This document shows positions 15,994 to 25,553 of a stretch of DNA of 64,000 nucleotides, piece after piece; the first letter of the stretch is position 1, and each line of letters starts with the position of its first letter. Source of the DNA: a virus; IMG/VR virus record IMGVR_UViG_3300025151_000001, positions 1 to 64,000 of that record, one strand, 5' to 3'. The position numbers and the translations under genes are program-made. Below the pieces are notes generated by a model. That model saw only the letters and a program-made list of their open reading frames with translations, had not been told where the DNA came from and made no database searches.

Positions 15994-17847
15994 ATGAACA
16001 CAGAAATTTTGTCCGATATTACCGTGCATATGAAATATGCTAAATATAATTCTGAACTCTTACGAAGAGAAACTTGGAATGAAATTGTTGAGCGTAATAA
16101 AACTATGCATATTAAAACTTATCCGAATCTTTCGGAGGAAATCAAAAATGTCTATGAAAACTTTGTCCGAACCAAAAAAGTCCTCCCTTCTATGCGCTCT
16201 ATGCAATTTGGCGGTAAGCCCATTGAGATTAGTCCGAATAGGATTTACAATTGTGCTTATATGCCTCTTGATTCCTATTTATCTTTCTCTGAGGCTATGT
16301 TCCTTTTGCTCGGTGGAACGGGGGTGGGCTATTCCGTTCAACGACACCATATCGAACAACTACCAGAAATCAGGCATCCCAAGGCTGACCGGCAGCGTCG
16401 TTACCTTATTGCTGATTCTATCGAAGGGTGGGCTGATGCTGTAAAGGTTCTTTTTGAATGCTATATTGGAACCAGAACCTCAACACCTATCTTTGACTAT
16501 TCTGATATTAGACCGAAAGGTTCGATTCTTAAAACATCTGGTGGTAAAGCACCCGGTCCTCAACCTCTTCGTGAATGTCTAGTTAAAATTGAAGGTATTT
16601 TTCAAAACACGATTGATGGTGAGAAACTTTCAACCATTCAAGCACACGATATTATGTGTCATATTGCTGATGCAGTTCTTAGTGGAGGTATTCGTCGTGC
16701 GGCTATGATTAGTCTTTTCTCCGCTGATGATGCTGAAATGATTGCGTGTAAATCTGGTTCTTGGTGGGAGAACAATCCCCAACGTGGCCGTGCAAACAAT
16801 TCTGCCGTTATTCTCCGACACCGTGTAACAAAGGAATTCTTCATGGATTTGTGGAAGCGTATTGAAGCAAGTGGTTCCGGTGAACCCGGACTTTATTTCA
16901 GTAACGACAAAGATTGGGGAACCAATCCCTGTTGTGAAATTGCTTTGCGCCCATATCAATTCTGTAACCTTACAGAAGTGAACGCTTCTGATGTTGAAGA
17001 CCAAGCAGACCTCGAATCTAGGGTTAAAGCCGCCGCTTTTCTTGGAACACTTCAAGCCGGTTACTCTGATTTTCATTATCTTCGTGAAGTTTGGCGAAGG
17101 ACCACAGAAAAAGACGCATTACTCGGTGTGTCTATGACGGGGATTGCATCAAATCGTGTTGAAAACCTTGACCTTGAGATGGCTTCCTTTGCCGCAAAGT
17201 TAGAAAACAGTCGCGTTGCTAAGATTTTAGGAATCAAGGAGGCTTCTCGCGTTACTTGTGTAAAGCCTGCCGGAACAACTTCTCTTGTTCTTGGAACCTC
17301 TTCTGGCATTCATGCATGGCATGATAAATACTACATTCGACGCATTCGTGTTGGAAAGAACGAGGCCATCTATGGCTACCTTTCCCAGAATCATCCTGAG
17401 TTAATTGAAGATGAATTCTTTAACCCAACACAACAGGCAGTAATTTCTGTTCCGCAGAAGGCTCCCGAAGGTGCAATCACTCGTAGTGAAAACGTATTTG
17501 AACTTCTTGAACGGGTGAAGAACTTCAGCATTCGATGGGTGCGAAGCGGACACCGTGAAGGTTCAAACACACATAACGTTTCTGCAACTATTTCTATCAA
17601 GAAAGATGAATGGGGCGATGTTGGAGAATGGATGTGGATGAATCGCCACTATTACAATGGTTTATCCGTATTGCCTTACGATGGCGGAACTTATACACAA
17701 GCACCATTTGAAACCTGTAATAAAGAAACATTTGAAGAACTCTCAAAGGCTTTGAAGGGTCTTGACTTAACACAGGTAATTGAAGAAACAGATGAAACAG
17801 ATTTGTCTGGTGAACTTGCTTGTGCGGGTGGTGCTTGCGAAATCTGA
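15994..17847 (+). CDS. nrdJ: Ribonucleotide reductase, probably class II (B12-dependent)
   Basis: PSMRSMQFGG, YNC, TNPCCEI, FCNL, KPAGTTS, C-terminal CAGGACEI; no beta subunit seen in the window. Confidence 0.88.
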   Translation: MNTEILSDITVHMKYAKYNSELLRRETWNEIVERNKTMHIKTYPNLSEEIKNVYENFVRTKKVLPSMRSMQFGGKPIEISPNRIYNCAYMPLDSYLSFSEAMFLLLGGTGVGYSVQRHHIEQLPEIRHPKADRQRRYLIADSIEGWADAVKVLFECYIGTRTSTPIFDYSDIRPKGSILKTSGGKAPGPQPLRECLVKIEGIFQNTIDGEKLSTIQAHDIMCHIADAVLSGGIRRAAMISLFSADDAEMIACKSGSWWENNPQRGRANNSAVILRHRVTKEFFMDLWKRIEASGSGEPGLYFSNDKDWGTNPCCEIALRPYQFCNLTEVNASDVEDQADLESRVKAAAFLGTLQAGYSDFHYLREVWRRTTEKDALLGVSMTGIASNRVENLDLEMASFAAKLENSRVAKILGIKEASRVTCVKPAGTTSLVLGTSSGIHAWHDKYYIRRIRVGKNEAIYGYLSQNHPELIEDEFFNPTQQAVISVPQKAPEGAITRSENVFELLERVKNFSIRWVRSGHREGSNTHNVSATISIKKDEWGDVGEWMWMNRHYYNGLSVLPYDGGTYTQAPFETCNKETFEELSKALKGLDLTQVIEETDETDLSGELACAGGACEI

Positions 17848-17856
17848 GGTGATAAA

Positions 17857-18225
17857 ATGTTATTCTCTTCTTTTGAAGAGATGCAACTCGTAATCTATTC
17901 TCTAATTAAACAGAAGGAATTAAAATCCAAAAATTTAGAGATTGCTCTCAAAGCAACAAGTGTCTATTATAGTGACAAAGATAAAATCTTCAGAGTGTGG
18001 CAAACTCTTGAAAAAGAACTATGGTCTGTTCCAGAAGCAGTTGAAAAGGGATTCCATAAATACATCTCAGAAAAAAGAGAGAGAATCCTTCAAGCCTTTG
18101 AATATCATGATATCAATTGTCAATCTAAATGTAAATTATGTGAGGTTTTAATTTGTGTAAAAGAACAAGAAATTTCAATGTCGCTCGGAAAAAAGCCATC
18201 GAATGCGATTACTTCTACCGTTTAG
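17857..18225 (+). CDS. Hypothetical protein
   Basis: GAGGTGA SD. Confidence 0.7.
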   Translation: MLFSSFEEMQLVIYSLIKQKELKSKNLEIALKATSVYYSDKDKIFRVWQTLEKELWSVPEAVEKGFHKYISEKRERILQAFEYHDINCQSKCKLCEVLICVKEQEISMSLGKKPSNAITSTV

Positions 18226-18473
18226 GAGCAGTAATTGTTAAAGGTGGAAAGATTCTTTCCATTGCGAGTAATACTCGCAAAGGTCATGCTGAAGTGAACG
18301 CCATTAAACAGGCGAGCAAAACCGAAGGCGCAGACATTTATGTTACACGTCATACGCCAACAGGAATGGCGATGGCGAAACCATGCGATAATTGCATGGA
18401 AGCAATTAAAGCGGCGGGCATCCGTCGAATTTATTACACTAGCCGTGATGGCTACCATAAGGTGATGGTATGA
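18153..18473 (+). CDS. Zn-dependent cytidine/dCMP deaminase family protein
   Basis: GAVIV, HAE, PCDNC, GIRRIYY; start uncertain. Confidence 0.88.
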   Translation: MCKRTRNFNVARKKAIECDYFYRLGAVIVKGGKILSIASNTRKGHAEVNAIKQASKTEGADIYVTRHTPTGMAMAKPCDNCMEAIKAAGIRRIYYTSRDGYHKVMV

Positions 18474-18637
18474 AAGAACACGACCCGGAATATGTAAAAA
18501 ATATTAGAGGTTATAAAAAACGTGTAGCAACACGTTGTCGAATTTGTGGTGGACAACTCCTACACCCCGAAGACTTTAAAAGAGAGATGCACGAAAAATG
18601 TGCAAAATTAGAAGACAAATCAACTTATCTGATGTGA
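18470..18637 (+). CDS. Small Zn-finger protein (CRICG...HEKC)
   Basis: Manual translation MKEHDPEY...STYLM. Confidence 0.65.
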   Translation: MKEHDPEYVKNIRGYKKRVATRCRICGGQLLHPEDFKREMHEKCAKLEDKSTYLM

Positions 18638-18641
18638 TATT

Positions 18642-19778
18642 ATGGAATTAGAAAAAAATGTTAAAATTTATAAGCCTGACGATACTAGAGGGTTTTATAG
18701 CACAGTATTACTTCTTGGAGAAAATCATCCAAGTAGGATTGAAATACACCCTTCTAGGGCATTGAAAGACCCGGTTCAAGGAGCAATTGCTTCTGAGTTA
18801 AAACTTATTCTTCAGGGTAAGCACAGTCGTTGTTGGTTCTCTGTTTCTGCAAAACCTAAAACAATCACAATCGGTAGCCTACCTATCCTTATTCAAAAGC
18901 AAGGTAGTCGCTATCTTCTAAATGGTCAGGCGCTCAGTCTTAATGAAATTACGAACACTTTGGCGCGAGTAATGTATAAGAGTTGCTTCACTAACGACCA
19001 AGGACTTTTGATGAAGACTATGATTAGTTACATGAATATGCCAGAAAATGTTCGGTATGTTCTGGAGAATCGTCTTCCTTATTTCTTTTATGAGAACTTT
19101 AGGAAGATTGATGTTAGGCTTAACGTCATGCAAATTGAAGATGAGAAATGTGCCATTGAGATTTCAGATGGGGTATGGGGCGAAATTTCTTTCAAGGATT
19201 TGAATACGATGTGTAACTTCTATATCCACGGGAAGCAAAGGGGTTCATGGAAGTTTATTTCACCAGATGACCTTTACTTTAGGTTAGTTGGTGAGCAGAT
19301 TTCAGAATCAACTGAGAAAGTAATGCTTGAGTTTTTGAAGCAGAATCGTCAAAGTGACATTGTTGAAAAGAGAGCCGAAGAATTGATGATGGATTTGCAG
19401 AAACAATACCCTCAAAGAATTAAGATTGTTGAAGGAGAGGATGGAACTACCATGTATGTTCGAGGAAAGGGCTACGATTGGAAATTAACAGACAACAAAT
19501 ATAAGTCTGATATTCAACAAGTTAGCACATATGTCTGGCAACCGAACGGTGTGAAATCAAATTCAGAAACAAACGAAATTGAACTTTCTGAAGCAACTTG
19601 GCGAGGGCCAATTTGCATTGATAACATGGCTAGAGGTTCTTCTTTGGGCGACCAATTTGCTGCAAGAGCCCTTGCACTTCTAAATGACACTTTGACTATT
19701 CAAGTCGTGAATACAATTAAGCGTTACATCAACGCGAATGAAAATGAAAATAGGATTGATTGGCATGAAATGCGATGA
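18642..19778 (+). CDS. Hypothetical protein; C-terminal domain possibly E2-like
   Basis: Long ORF; TYVWQPN...GPICID resembles E2 HPN...GxICL; function tentative. Confidence 0.5.
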   Translation: MELEKNVKIYKPDDTRGFYSTVLLLGENHPSRIEIHPSRALKDPVQGAIASELKLILQGKHSRCWFSVSAKPKTITIGSLPILIQKQGSRYLLNGQALSLNEITNTLARVMYKSCFTNDQGLLMKTMISYMNMPENVRYVLENRLPYFFYENFRKIDVRLNVMQIEDEKCAIEISDGVWGEISFKDLNTMCNFYIHGKQRGSWKFISPDDLYFRLVGEQISESTEKVMLEFLKQNRQSDIVEKRAEELMMDLQKQYPQRIKIVEGEDGTTMYVRGKGYDWKLTDNKYKSDIQQVSTYVWQPNGVKSNSETNEIELSEATWRGPICIDNMARGSSLGDQFAARALALLNDTLTIQVVNTIKRYINANENENRIDWHEMR

Positions 19779-20598
19779 ATGTGGTTCGCGTAACAACACC
19801 TTCGATGAAAGAATGGGTGAACGCATTTGTGATGATTGCGGACTCGTTATTCAAGTCGAAGCCTTTGAAGAAACTGTTCGTCTAAGCATGGGCGAAGATG
19901 GTTCCTTTCGTTCCAAGGATTATGGTCTTGGTTCTGAAACTACCTTCATGAAGCGTGCAAAATCTTCAAGAAACGACTCTGAAAGAACACTAGAGAATGG
20001 TTATAGAGTCATGCGTATGGTAGTTTCATCTTTGAAGTTACCATTTAACATTAACGACAGATTAGAACAAATCTATCGTGAGTTGATTACTAAAGGTATT
20101 CTTTCTGGTTCTACCTTAGAAACAAGAGCAACAGCGATTGTCTACTACGCTTTGAAGGAAAATAGAACACCTGCAACCTTAAAAGAAGTCTGTGGTGAAT
20201 TCCAAGTCCAAAGCAAATTAGTTCGAAAACTAACTAGAAGAATTACTAGACATTATGGCAACAATGTATTAAGAAATGATGATTCCCATTTCTTAATGCA
20301 ACGTGCCATTGCGAATATTTCAAATGACCCTGCCTTTGTATCTCATTGTTTGCAGACATTTGAATTCTTTGAAAAACTAATGAAAGAATTAGATGAAAAT
20401 AAGACAAAGTTGCACTACGCAACAATGGTGTATTTTACATCATACATTCACAACTATCCATACTCAGCAACTTCGATTTCTAAAAATTTGAAGTGTTCTG
20501 CTAATGGAATCAGAATCTCCGGTAGGAGGTTGCTACCCCTAATTGGTCTAAAGGGAGTTGAGCAACTCAAAGGAATTGACCTAGAAAAATTGATGTGA
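19765..20598 (+). CDS. tfb: Transcription initiation factor B (TFIIB)-like protein
   Basis: Zn ribbon CDECGS...GERICDDCGLVI; GLGS; ERTL; cyclin repeats (A.AIVYYA...PATLKEV). Confidence 0.85.
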   Translation: MKCDECGSRNNTFDERMGERICDDCGLVIQVEAFEETVRLSMGEDGSFRSKDYGLGSETTFMKRAKSSRNDSERTLENGYRVMRMVVSSLKLPFNINDRLEQIYRELITKGILSGSTLETRATAIVYYALKENRTPATLKEVCGEFQVQSKLVRKLTRRITRHYGNNVLRNDDSHFLMQRAIANISNDPAFVSHCLQTFEFFEKLMKELDENKTKLHYATMVYFTSYIHNYPYSATSISKNLKCSANGIRISGRRLLPLIGLKGVEQLKGIDLEKLM

Positions 20599-20603
20599 TA
20601 TAA

Positions 20604-21161
20604 ATGAAGAAAGTATTGATTATTGGAGCAGGTGGTATTGGGAGTTTCTTGATTCCACTTCTAGACAGAATTAACGAATACGATATTCAGGTGGCTGACC
20701 CTGATAAGGTGGAGACAAAGAATCTCCTGTATCAGAATTACCTACCTTTGAATGTTGGGCAGAATAAAGCACAGTCAATGCAAGACATTCACAATAATGT
20801 CTCAAAGGCTAGCCCCTATCCAATTTTAACTGCGAAACAAATGGAAGGTTATGACCTTGTTGTTTCATGTGTAGATAACCTTGGAGTTAGAAGAACTCTT
20901 TACAACACAACCCTTAAGTGGCTTGACCTTCGCGCTCAAGGTAGAAATGCGGCTCTTGTGTCGCACAACGCGGACCCCTCGCTTTATGATACTCTCTTAG
21001 CAGGTCCAGAAGGTTCATTTTCATGCCAAGCAGGAGATTGGGACGGTTCAGGAAAGAATGTGAATCTAATGAATGCTATGATTGCAGGTGCAGGCGCTCA
21101 ATGGATTCAGAAGTATTTTAACAATGAAGAAACAAAAGCGTTTATGACGTTTAATATTTGA
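20604..21161 (+). CDS. ThiF/MoeB/E1-like adenylyltransferase
   Basis: VLIIGAGGIGS, DPDKVETKNL..Q, VGQNKA, DLVVSCVDN...R, WLDLR, candidate catalytic Cys in SFSCQ. Confidence 0.9.
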   Translation: MKKVLIIGAGGIGSFLIPLLDRINEYDIQVADPDKVETKNLLYQNYLPLNVGQNKAQSMQDIHNNVSKASPYPILTAKQMEGYDLVVSCVDNLGVRRTLYNTTLKWLDLRAQGRNAALVSHNADPSLYDTLLAGPEGSFSCQAGDWDGSGKNVNLMNAMIAGAGAQWIQKYFNNEETKAFMTFNI

Positions 21162-21171
21162 GGTGAATAAA

Positions 21172-21744
21172 ATGAAGTATAATAAATGGAAACAAGAAGA
21201 AATTAATTTTGTGCGAAAGTGCAGAAAGAAAGGAATGAAGTGGCGAGAAATTTGCGATAAACTCGAAGTAGTTTATGGACGAAAGACTACACCACAAAAC
21301 ATTATGCGCTTTAGGGAAGCAAAGCCAAAAACCGTAAATGTTAAGAAAGTTGTTGAGGAACTCGTTGAGCCAAAGGAAAAGAAGTGGGCTTACACCCGAT
21401 TTAACTATACTCCACAACAGGAGTTAGGAATTATGGTTGATTTCCCCAACCTGAGTATTGACGAAATGCGTGAAAAATACCAAAGAGATTATCGCGCCCT
21501 CGCAGCCCGATATGAAAACATTTGGGACTCGGAAGAACCTTCAAGAATTGCATTGGTTATGGAGGCTTCTCAGATTGTCGCCGCCCGTAAGGCGGAAGCG
21601 GACGAGAAGGCCACAGAACCCCGTATGGGATGGTTTGAGAAGCGAAGGATGCGACGTGTGGCGCGTAAGGCCGCGAAGATTCAGAAGCGATTGGATAAGA
21701 TGGCTACCAAGTATGGTGCAATTCTCACCAAAGGAGATGAATGA
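21172..21744 (+). CDS. Myb-like/HTH DNA-binding protein
   Basis: KWKQEEINF...GMKWREI..KL...GRKT. Confidence 0.6.
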   Translation: MKYNKWKQEEINFVRKCRKKGMKWREICDKLEVVYGRKTTPQNIMRFREAKPKTVNVKKVVEELVEPKEKKWAYTRFNYTPQQELGIMVDFPNLSIDEMREKYQRDYRALAARYENIWDSEEPSRIALVMEASQIVAARKAEADEKATEPRMGWFEKRRMRRVARKAAKIQKRLDKMATKYGAILTKGDE

Positions 21745-21745
21745 A

Positions 21746-22270
21746 ATGGGTAAGATTAAAGATAGGTTCTTTGATGAAATCAATTCAGAAGATGATTCTG
21801 ATTATGAATATTACCAATCTGCTGATAATGTAATCAGGGGTGCTTGGGATATCTGTATGGACCATTACGGTCAAATGTCAAACACGCATCATCCTGAATT
21901 GAATGAAGCAATCTGGGATTGTTCAACAATGTTGTTTCCCGGTCTTGAAATTCAAGTTGTGATTGATGGTGCAGATAATTTGCATTGGTCCCTCGGTTCA
22001 CCCGGATATGTTGATTTTCCTGCACCACCATACGGAATGAAATTGCCGATTAAGTGTTGGATTCATACTCATCCCTTTGGTTCTGCATATTTTAGCGGAA
22101 CAGATTGGAAGACTATTGATACATGGCGCATTCATATGCAACGTGCCGAAGTCCTTGGAAACATGGAATGGGGTGTTTGGGATGGTGAAGCGGGCCACCA
22201 ATACACCCATATTAAGGTTACAGAAGACAGTAACCTACTGCTAAGAAAAATTGGAAGTGAAGAAGAATGA
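21746..22270 (+). CDS. JAB/MPN+ (JAMM) metalloprotease
   Basis: Upstream Glu (LEIQ) and WIHTHPFGSAYFSGTD, matching HxHP-x-SxxD. Confidence 0.85.
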   Translation: MGKIKDRFFDEINSEDDSDYEYYQSADNVIRGAWDICMDHYGQMSNTHHPELNEAIWDCSTMLFPGLEIQVVIDGADNLHWSLGSPGYVDFPAPPYGMKLPIKCWIHTHPFGSAYFSGTDWKTIDTWRIHMQRAEVLGNMEWGVWDGEAGHQYTHIKVTEDSNLLLRKIGSEEE

Positions 22271-22668
22271 AGAAATTTGAAAGAAGACAACAAGAAAAGA
22301 GTCAATCATTTACGATTGACTATTCTAGGACCACGCGCCGTTATAAGAACGGAACTGCGAATATGCATACCGTTTATATTAACGAAACAATTGATGGAAG
22401 AGGTGGAAAGAAGTTCACCAACACCATTCAGATGCTTGTTCCTGTTGAACCTATGGAATGTTCAAAGCGTGTTGAAAAGCATAAAGCCCGCCATCCAAAT
22501 GATGTGAAGAAGATTCATGATGAGATGCACATTCCCGGTAATGCTCGTCAAGCAAAAGCCGGAAAGCGAGATAAGCATTTGAAGGAGTTTTATAAGACCC
22601 ACGTTTATGCTTACGTTTCTGAAGGAAAGCGTCGTTGGATTAAGATTCCCGAAGGTGATGAACAATGA
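22267..22668 (+). CDS. Basic hypothetical protein
   Basis: ATGA coupling at both ends. Confidence 0.7.
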   Translation: MKKFERRQQEKSQSFTIDYSRTTRRYKNGTANMHTVYINETIDGRGGKKFTNTIQMLVPVEPMECSKRVEKHKARHPNDVKKIHDEMHIPGNARQAKAGKRDKHLKEFYKTHVYAYVSEGKRRWIKIPEGDEQ

Positions 22669-22886
22669 TGAAAGCGGTTGGAAAATACGCTCTTATTCGT
22701 ATGGAAACAACAGAAACGAAAGGCGGCATCGTTACTTCTCATGGGAATGTAGGTAAGTGTATTTCCTGTGCTTATGAACAATCCATCGTAGGGAAGAAAG
22801 TTATGTTTAATGGTCGCAACTCATATGAAAATGATGGAGATATTCTTTTCGTGCCTTTTGAACACATTTTCTGCGTGGTGGACTAA
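22665..22886 (+). CDS. groES: GroES-like co-chaperonin
   Basis: MKAVGKYALIR...ETKGGIV...LFV..EHIFCVV; adjacent to GroEL. Confidence 0.75.
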   Translation: MMKAVGKYALIRMETTETKGGIVTSHGNVGKCISCAYEQSIVGKKVMFNGRNSYENDGDILFVPFEHIFCVVD

Positions 22887-22966
22887 ATGTGCGGCGCTAT
22901 TCCAATCGAATGCAATTCCTGTGGAGCATGGTTTAGATTTGACCACGAATGTAAGGAGGAAGATGA

Positions 22967-24475
22967 ATGATTACTACAGAAAATGAAGTCAAAGAAAAAC
23001 TATTGAAAGGGATTAACATGGTTGCTGATGCAGTTTCGCCTACGCTTGGCCCACAAGCAAAGACGGCGATTCTTCAAGGAAACCCACCTGTGGTCATCAA
23101 TGACGGAGTAACTATCACCAAATACGTTACTCATGAAGACCCTTATGTTCAAATGGGTATTCAAATGGTTCAGAACCTTGCTTCACAAGCACAAGATAAG
23201 TCCGGTGATGGAACAACAACTGCGTGTATTCTTGCTCGCTCTCTATGCAACAGTATTTTCGACCACTACAAATACATTGAGAATATGCGAGACTTCCAAA
23301 ATGATTTAGAACAAATGCAAAGTTTTGTTGTGAACAAAATCGAAGAATCATCTATTGATATTAAAGAAGACGAAGTATTTGATGTTGCCTTTGTTTCCTC
23401 AAACAATGATACAGAAATTGCCGGTATGATTACCGATGCAGTTAAGACGGTTGGGAAGGACGGAGTAATTACTGTTCAAGAAGGTAAAACTTATAAAAAT
23501 CGCCTTATGGTTCGTGAAGGGGTTAGACTTGATGAAGGCTACTTAAGTCATCTTATGGCTAACAAAGAGGATGGAACGTGTGAGTTTGAGAACCCTCTCG
23601 TCTTTATGTCTAATCTTGCTTTCCGCAAATTCCAAGACCTTCTGCCTATGCTTGAGATTGCATCCACCAATAAAAGGCCGCTAATCATTATGTGTAAAGG
23701 CATTGAAGGTTCTGCAATGAATAACTTAATTGCGAACATTCTTCAACAGACTGTTCAAGTTGCTGCAATTCTTGCGCCTAATTTTGGTGATGCGCAGTTA
23801 GATGAGTTAGGCGACCTTAATGCTCTTATTGGTGGTAAAATTTATAATCATGAAAGTCGTGACGACCCAACCCTAGTTTCCATTGGAGATTTCGGTTCTT
23901 GTGATAGAGTCATTGTGACTAAGGAATACACGACAATTATCGGCGGTGACGGTGATGTTCAGTCCCGAATCGAAACGCTTCGTTCAATGGCTGAAGATAT
24001 GGAAGGATATGATAAGAACAGAATTAAGCATCGCGTTGCTCGTTTGAAGGGTGGAATCGCCACTATTGAAATTGGTGCTTCCTCTGCTATTGAAATGCGT
24101 GAATCAAAGGAAAGATTGGATGACGCTCTCAATGCAACCAAAGCCGCACTTGCTGAAGGTATCGTTGCGGGTGGAGGCATGACTTATGGTAATATCGCAA
24201 ATGCAATCATTGAAACGACTAATGATACTCCCGTGGAAATTATGGTTGTTCGTGCGTTAATGGAACCCATTACAGCATTATTGGCTAACTCCAACGTATC
24301 TAAAGAATCCTTTGAGACTTGGAAGGAAGGAGGTTTCAATGCCTTAACGGGTAAGTTTGGTGAACTAGATGATGTTTATGACCCTGCTCGCGTAGCCCGC
24401 GAATCTTTCTTAGCAGCAATGTCTATTGCTAAACTGTTCTTAACTACATCTGTAGCAATTACCGTGGAGGAATGA
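22967..24475 (+). CDS. groEL: Group I chaperonin (GroEL-like)
   Basis: TLGP, INDGVTI, GDGTTT, VGKDGVITVQE, D.GYLS, APNFGD, RLDDALNATKAA, EGIVAGGG. Confidence 0.93.
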   Translation: MITTENEVKEKLLKGINMVADAVSPTLGPQAKTAILQGNPPVVINDGVTITKYVTHEDPYVQMGIQMVQNLASQAQDKSGDGTTTACILARSLCNSIFDHYKYIENMRDFQNDLEQMQSFVVNKIEESSIDIKEDEVFDVAFVSSNNDTEIAGMITDAVKTVGKDGVITVQEGKTYKNRLMVREGVRLDEGYLSHLMANKEDGTCEFENPLVFMSNLAFRKFQDLLPMLEIASTNKRPLIIMCKGIEGSAMNNLIANILQQTVQVAAILAPNFGDAQLDELGDLNALIGGKIYNHESRDDPTLVSIGDFGSCDRVIVTKEYTTIIGGDGDVQSRIETLRSMAEDMEGYDKNRIKHRVARLKGGIATIEIGASSAIEMRESKERLDDALNATKAALAEGIVAGGGMTYGNIANAIIETTNDTPVEIMVVRALMEPITALLANSNVSKESFETWKEGGFNALTGKFGELDDVYDPARVARESFLAAMSIAKLFLTTSVAITVEE

Positions 24476-24657
24476 AAATGCCACAAGTTATGCATCAAGA
24501 ACTATTAGACTACATTACTTGGTTAGAGAGTCAAATCCCTGAAGGATTAGAAGGTCAATATCCTTTCCATAGATTATATAAGAAGAACATCTTTATGGGT
24601 TCAAATGGCTACTTTTACTTCATTCATAAAGATGATGAACCGGGGAGGAAGCATTGA
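24472..24657 (+). CDS. Small hypothetical protein
   Basis: Coupled ORF. Confidence 0.6.
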   Translation: MKMPQVMHQELLDYITWLESQIPEGLEGQYPFHRLYKKNIFMGSNGYFYFIHKDDEPGRKH

Positions 24658-25049
24658 TGAAACGGGCAGTTACAGTTACATTACCTGCACCTCATGATGC
24701 AGAGATTAATTGTCCAATCTGTGAAGGAAACAAATGTAAGGTGTGCAACATGACCGGGAAGATTAAGTTTCAGGTTGCACCTAAAATTCCCATTCAAAGG
24801 GCTCACATTATCAAATACGTCAACGATAATCTCAATGATGTAGCATTTGAACTAACTAGAATGTTTGGCCTCGTTCCTGAAATTTCAACAAAAGAAGTTG
24901 TTGAAATCAGTAGTGGTCAATATGAAATCGTTCAGGTATCTTCAATCGGTGGAGCCTGTTGGATTGCTAACCGTTTAGATGAATTAGAAGCGCCACGTTA
25001 TTTTAGAACGTGGAAGGACTTAGAAAAGTTCAAGGAGGAATCAATTTGA
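24654..25049 (+). CDS. Protein with DnaJ-type Zn motif (CPICEG..CKVCNMTG)
   Basis: CxxCxG repeats. Confidence 0.65.
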   Translation: MMKRAVTVTLPAPHDAEINCPICEGNKCKVCNMTGKIKFQVAPKIPIQRAHIIKYVNDNLNDVAFELTRMFGLVPEISTKEVVEISSGQYEIVQVSSIGGACWIANRLDELEAPRYFRTWKDLEKFKEESI

Positions 25050-25252
25050 CTGATGATGGATTTGAACTGATTGGAACTATACCCCGAAACGAAACTGATG
25101 TAGTTAAGGTTCGTAAGGGTAATTATTATAAAATCGACGTTATTGATATTCGTTGGTTTAAGGGAGATAAAATCTCCCGCAAAGGCATTCGCCTTAACCG
25201 AGAAGAGGCTACATATCTTCTCAACCTTTTAAGGAGGGAACTCGATGAGTGA
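25046..25252 (+). CDS. PC4/Sub1-like ssDNA-binding protein
   Basis: VIDIRWF...SRKGIRL..EE signature; TTG start after GGAGG. Confidence 0.75.
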   Translation: MTDDGFELIGTIPRNETDVVKVRKGNYYKIDVIDIRWFKGDKISRKGIRLNREEATYLLNLLRRELDE

Positions 25253-25553
25253 AATTAAAAAACGTATTAGCGTTGTGCAAGCAAAGAAAGCAGTAAGAAA
25301 AGCAAATGAAGATAGACAGTATGGACATGGAGCGATTGAGAGATTCGTTTCTCATAGTTCTAGTTTAGTGGACTTATTTGCACTAATGGTTGAAAAAGAT
25401 ATGGTAGTTTCTCCGGGTGAAGGTCGTGGTTGTCGTGTTCAAATGCAACACATTGACTCCACCTTCCTCAAGGTTCAAACTGCTTTCATGAATATGCTAA
25501 TGGAGCGTGAAGTAAATGAATACGAACAAGATGTATCTAGTGACGACGAATGA
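25245..25553 (+). CDS. Hypothetical protein, possible divergent histone fold
   Basis: Short helix, long helix, then GR..RV...HI pattern. Confidence 0.45.
   Translation: MSEIKKRISVVQAKKAVRKANEDRQYGHGAIERFVSHSSSLVDLFALMVEKDMVVSPGEGRGCRVQMQHIDSTFLKVQTAFMNMLMEREVNEYEQDVSSDDE

Noticed and set aside
15282-21161. Thiamine/molybdopterin biosynthesis role for the ThiS-like and ThiF-like genes
   Set aside because: No ThiG, MoaE or cysteine desulfurase in the window. Disfavoured but not excluded, since host enzymes could complement.
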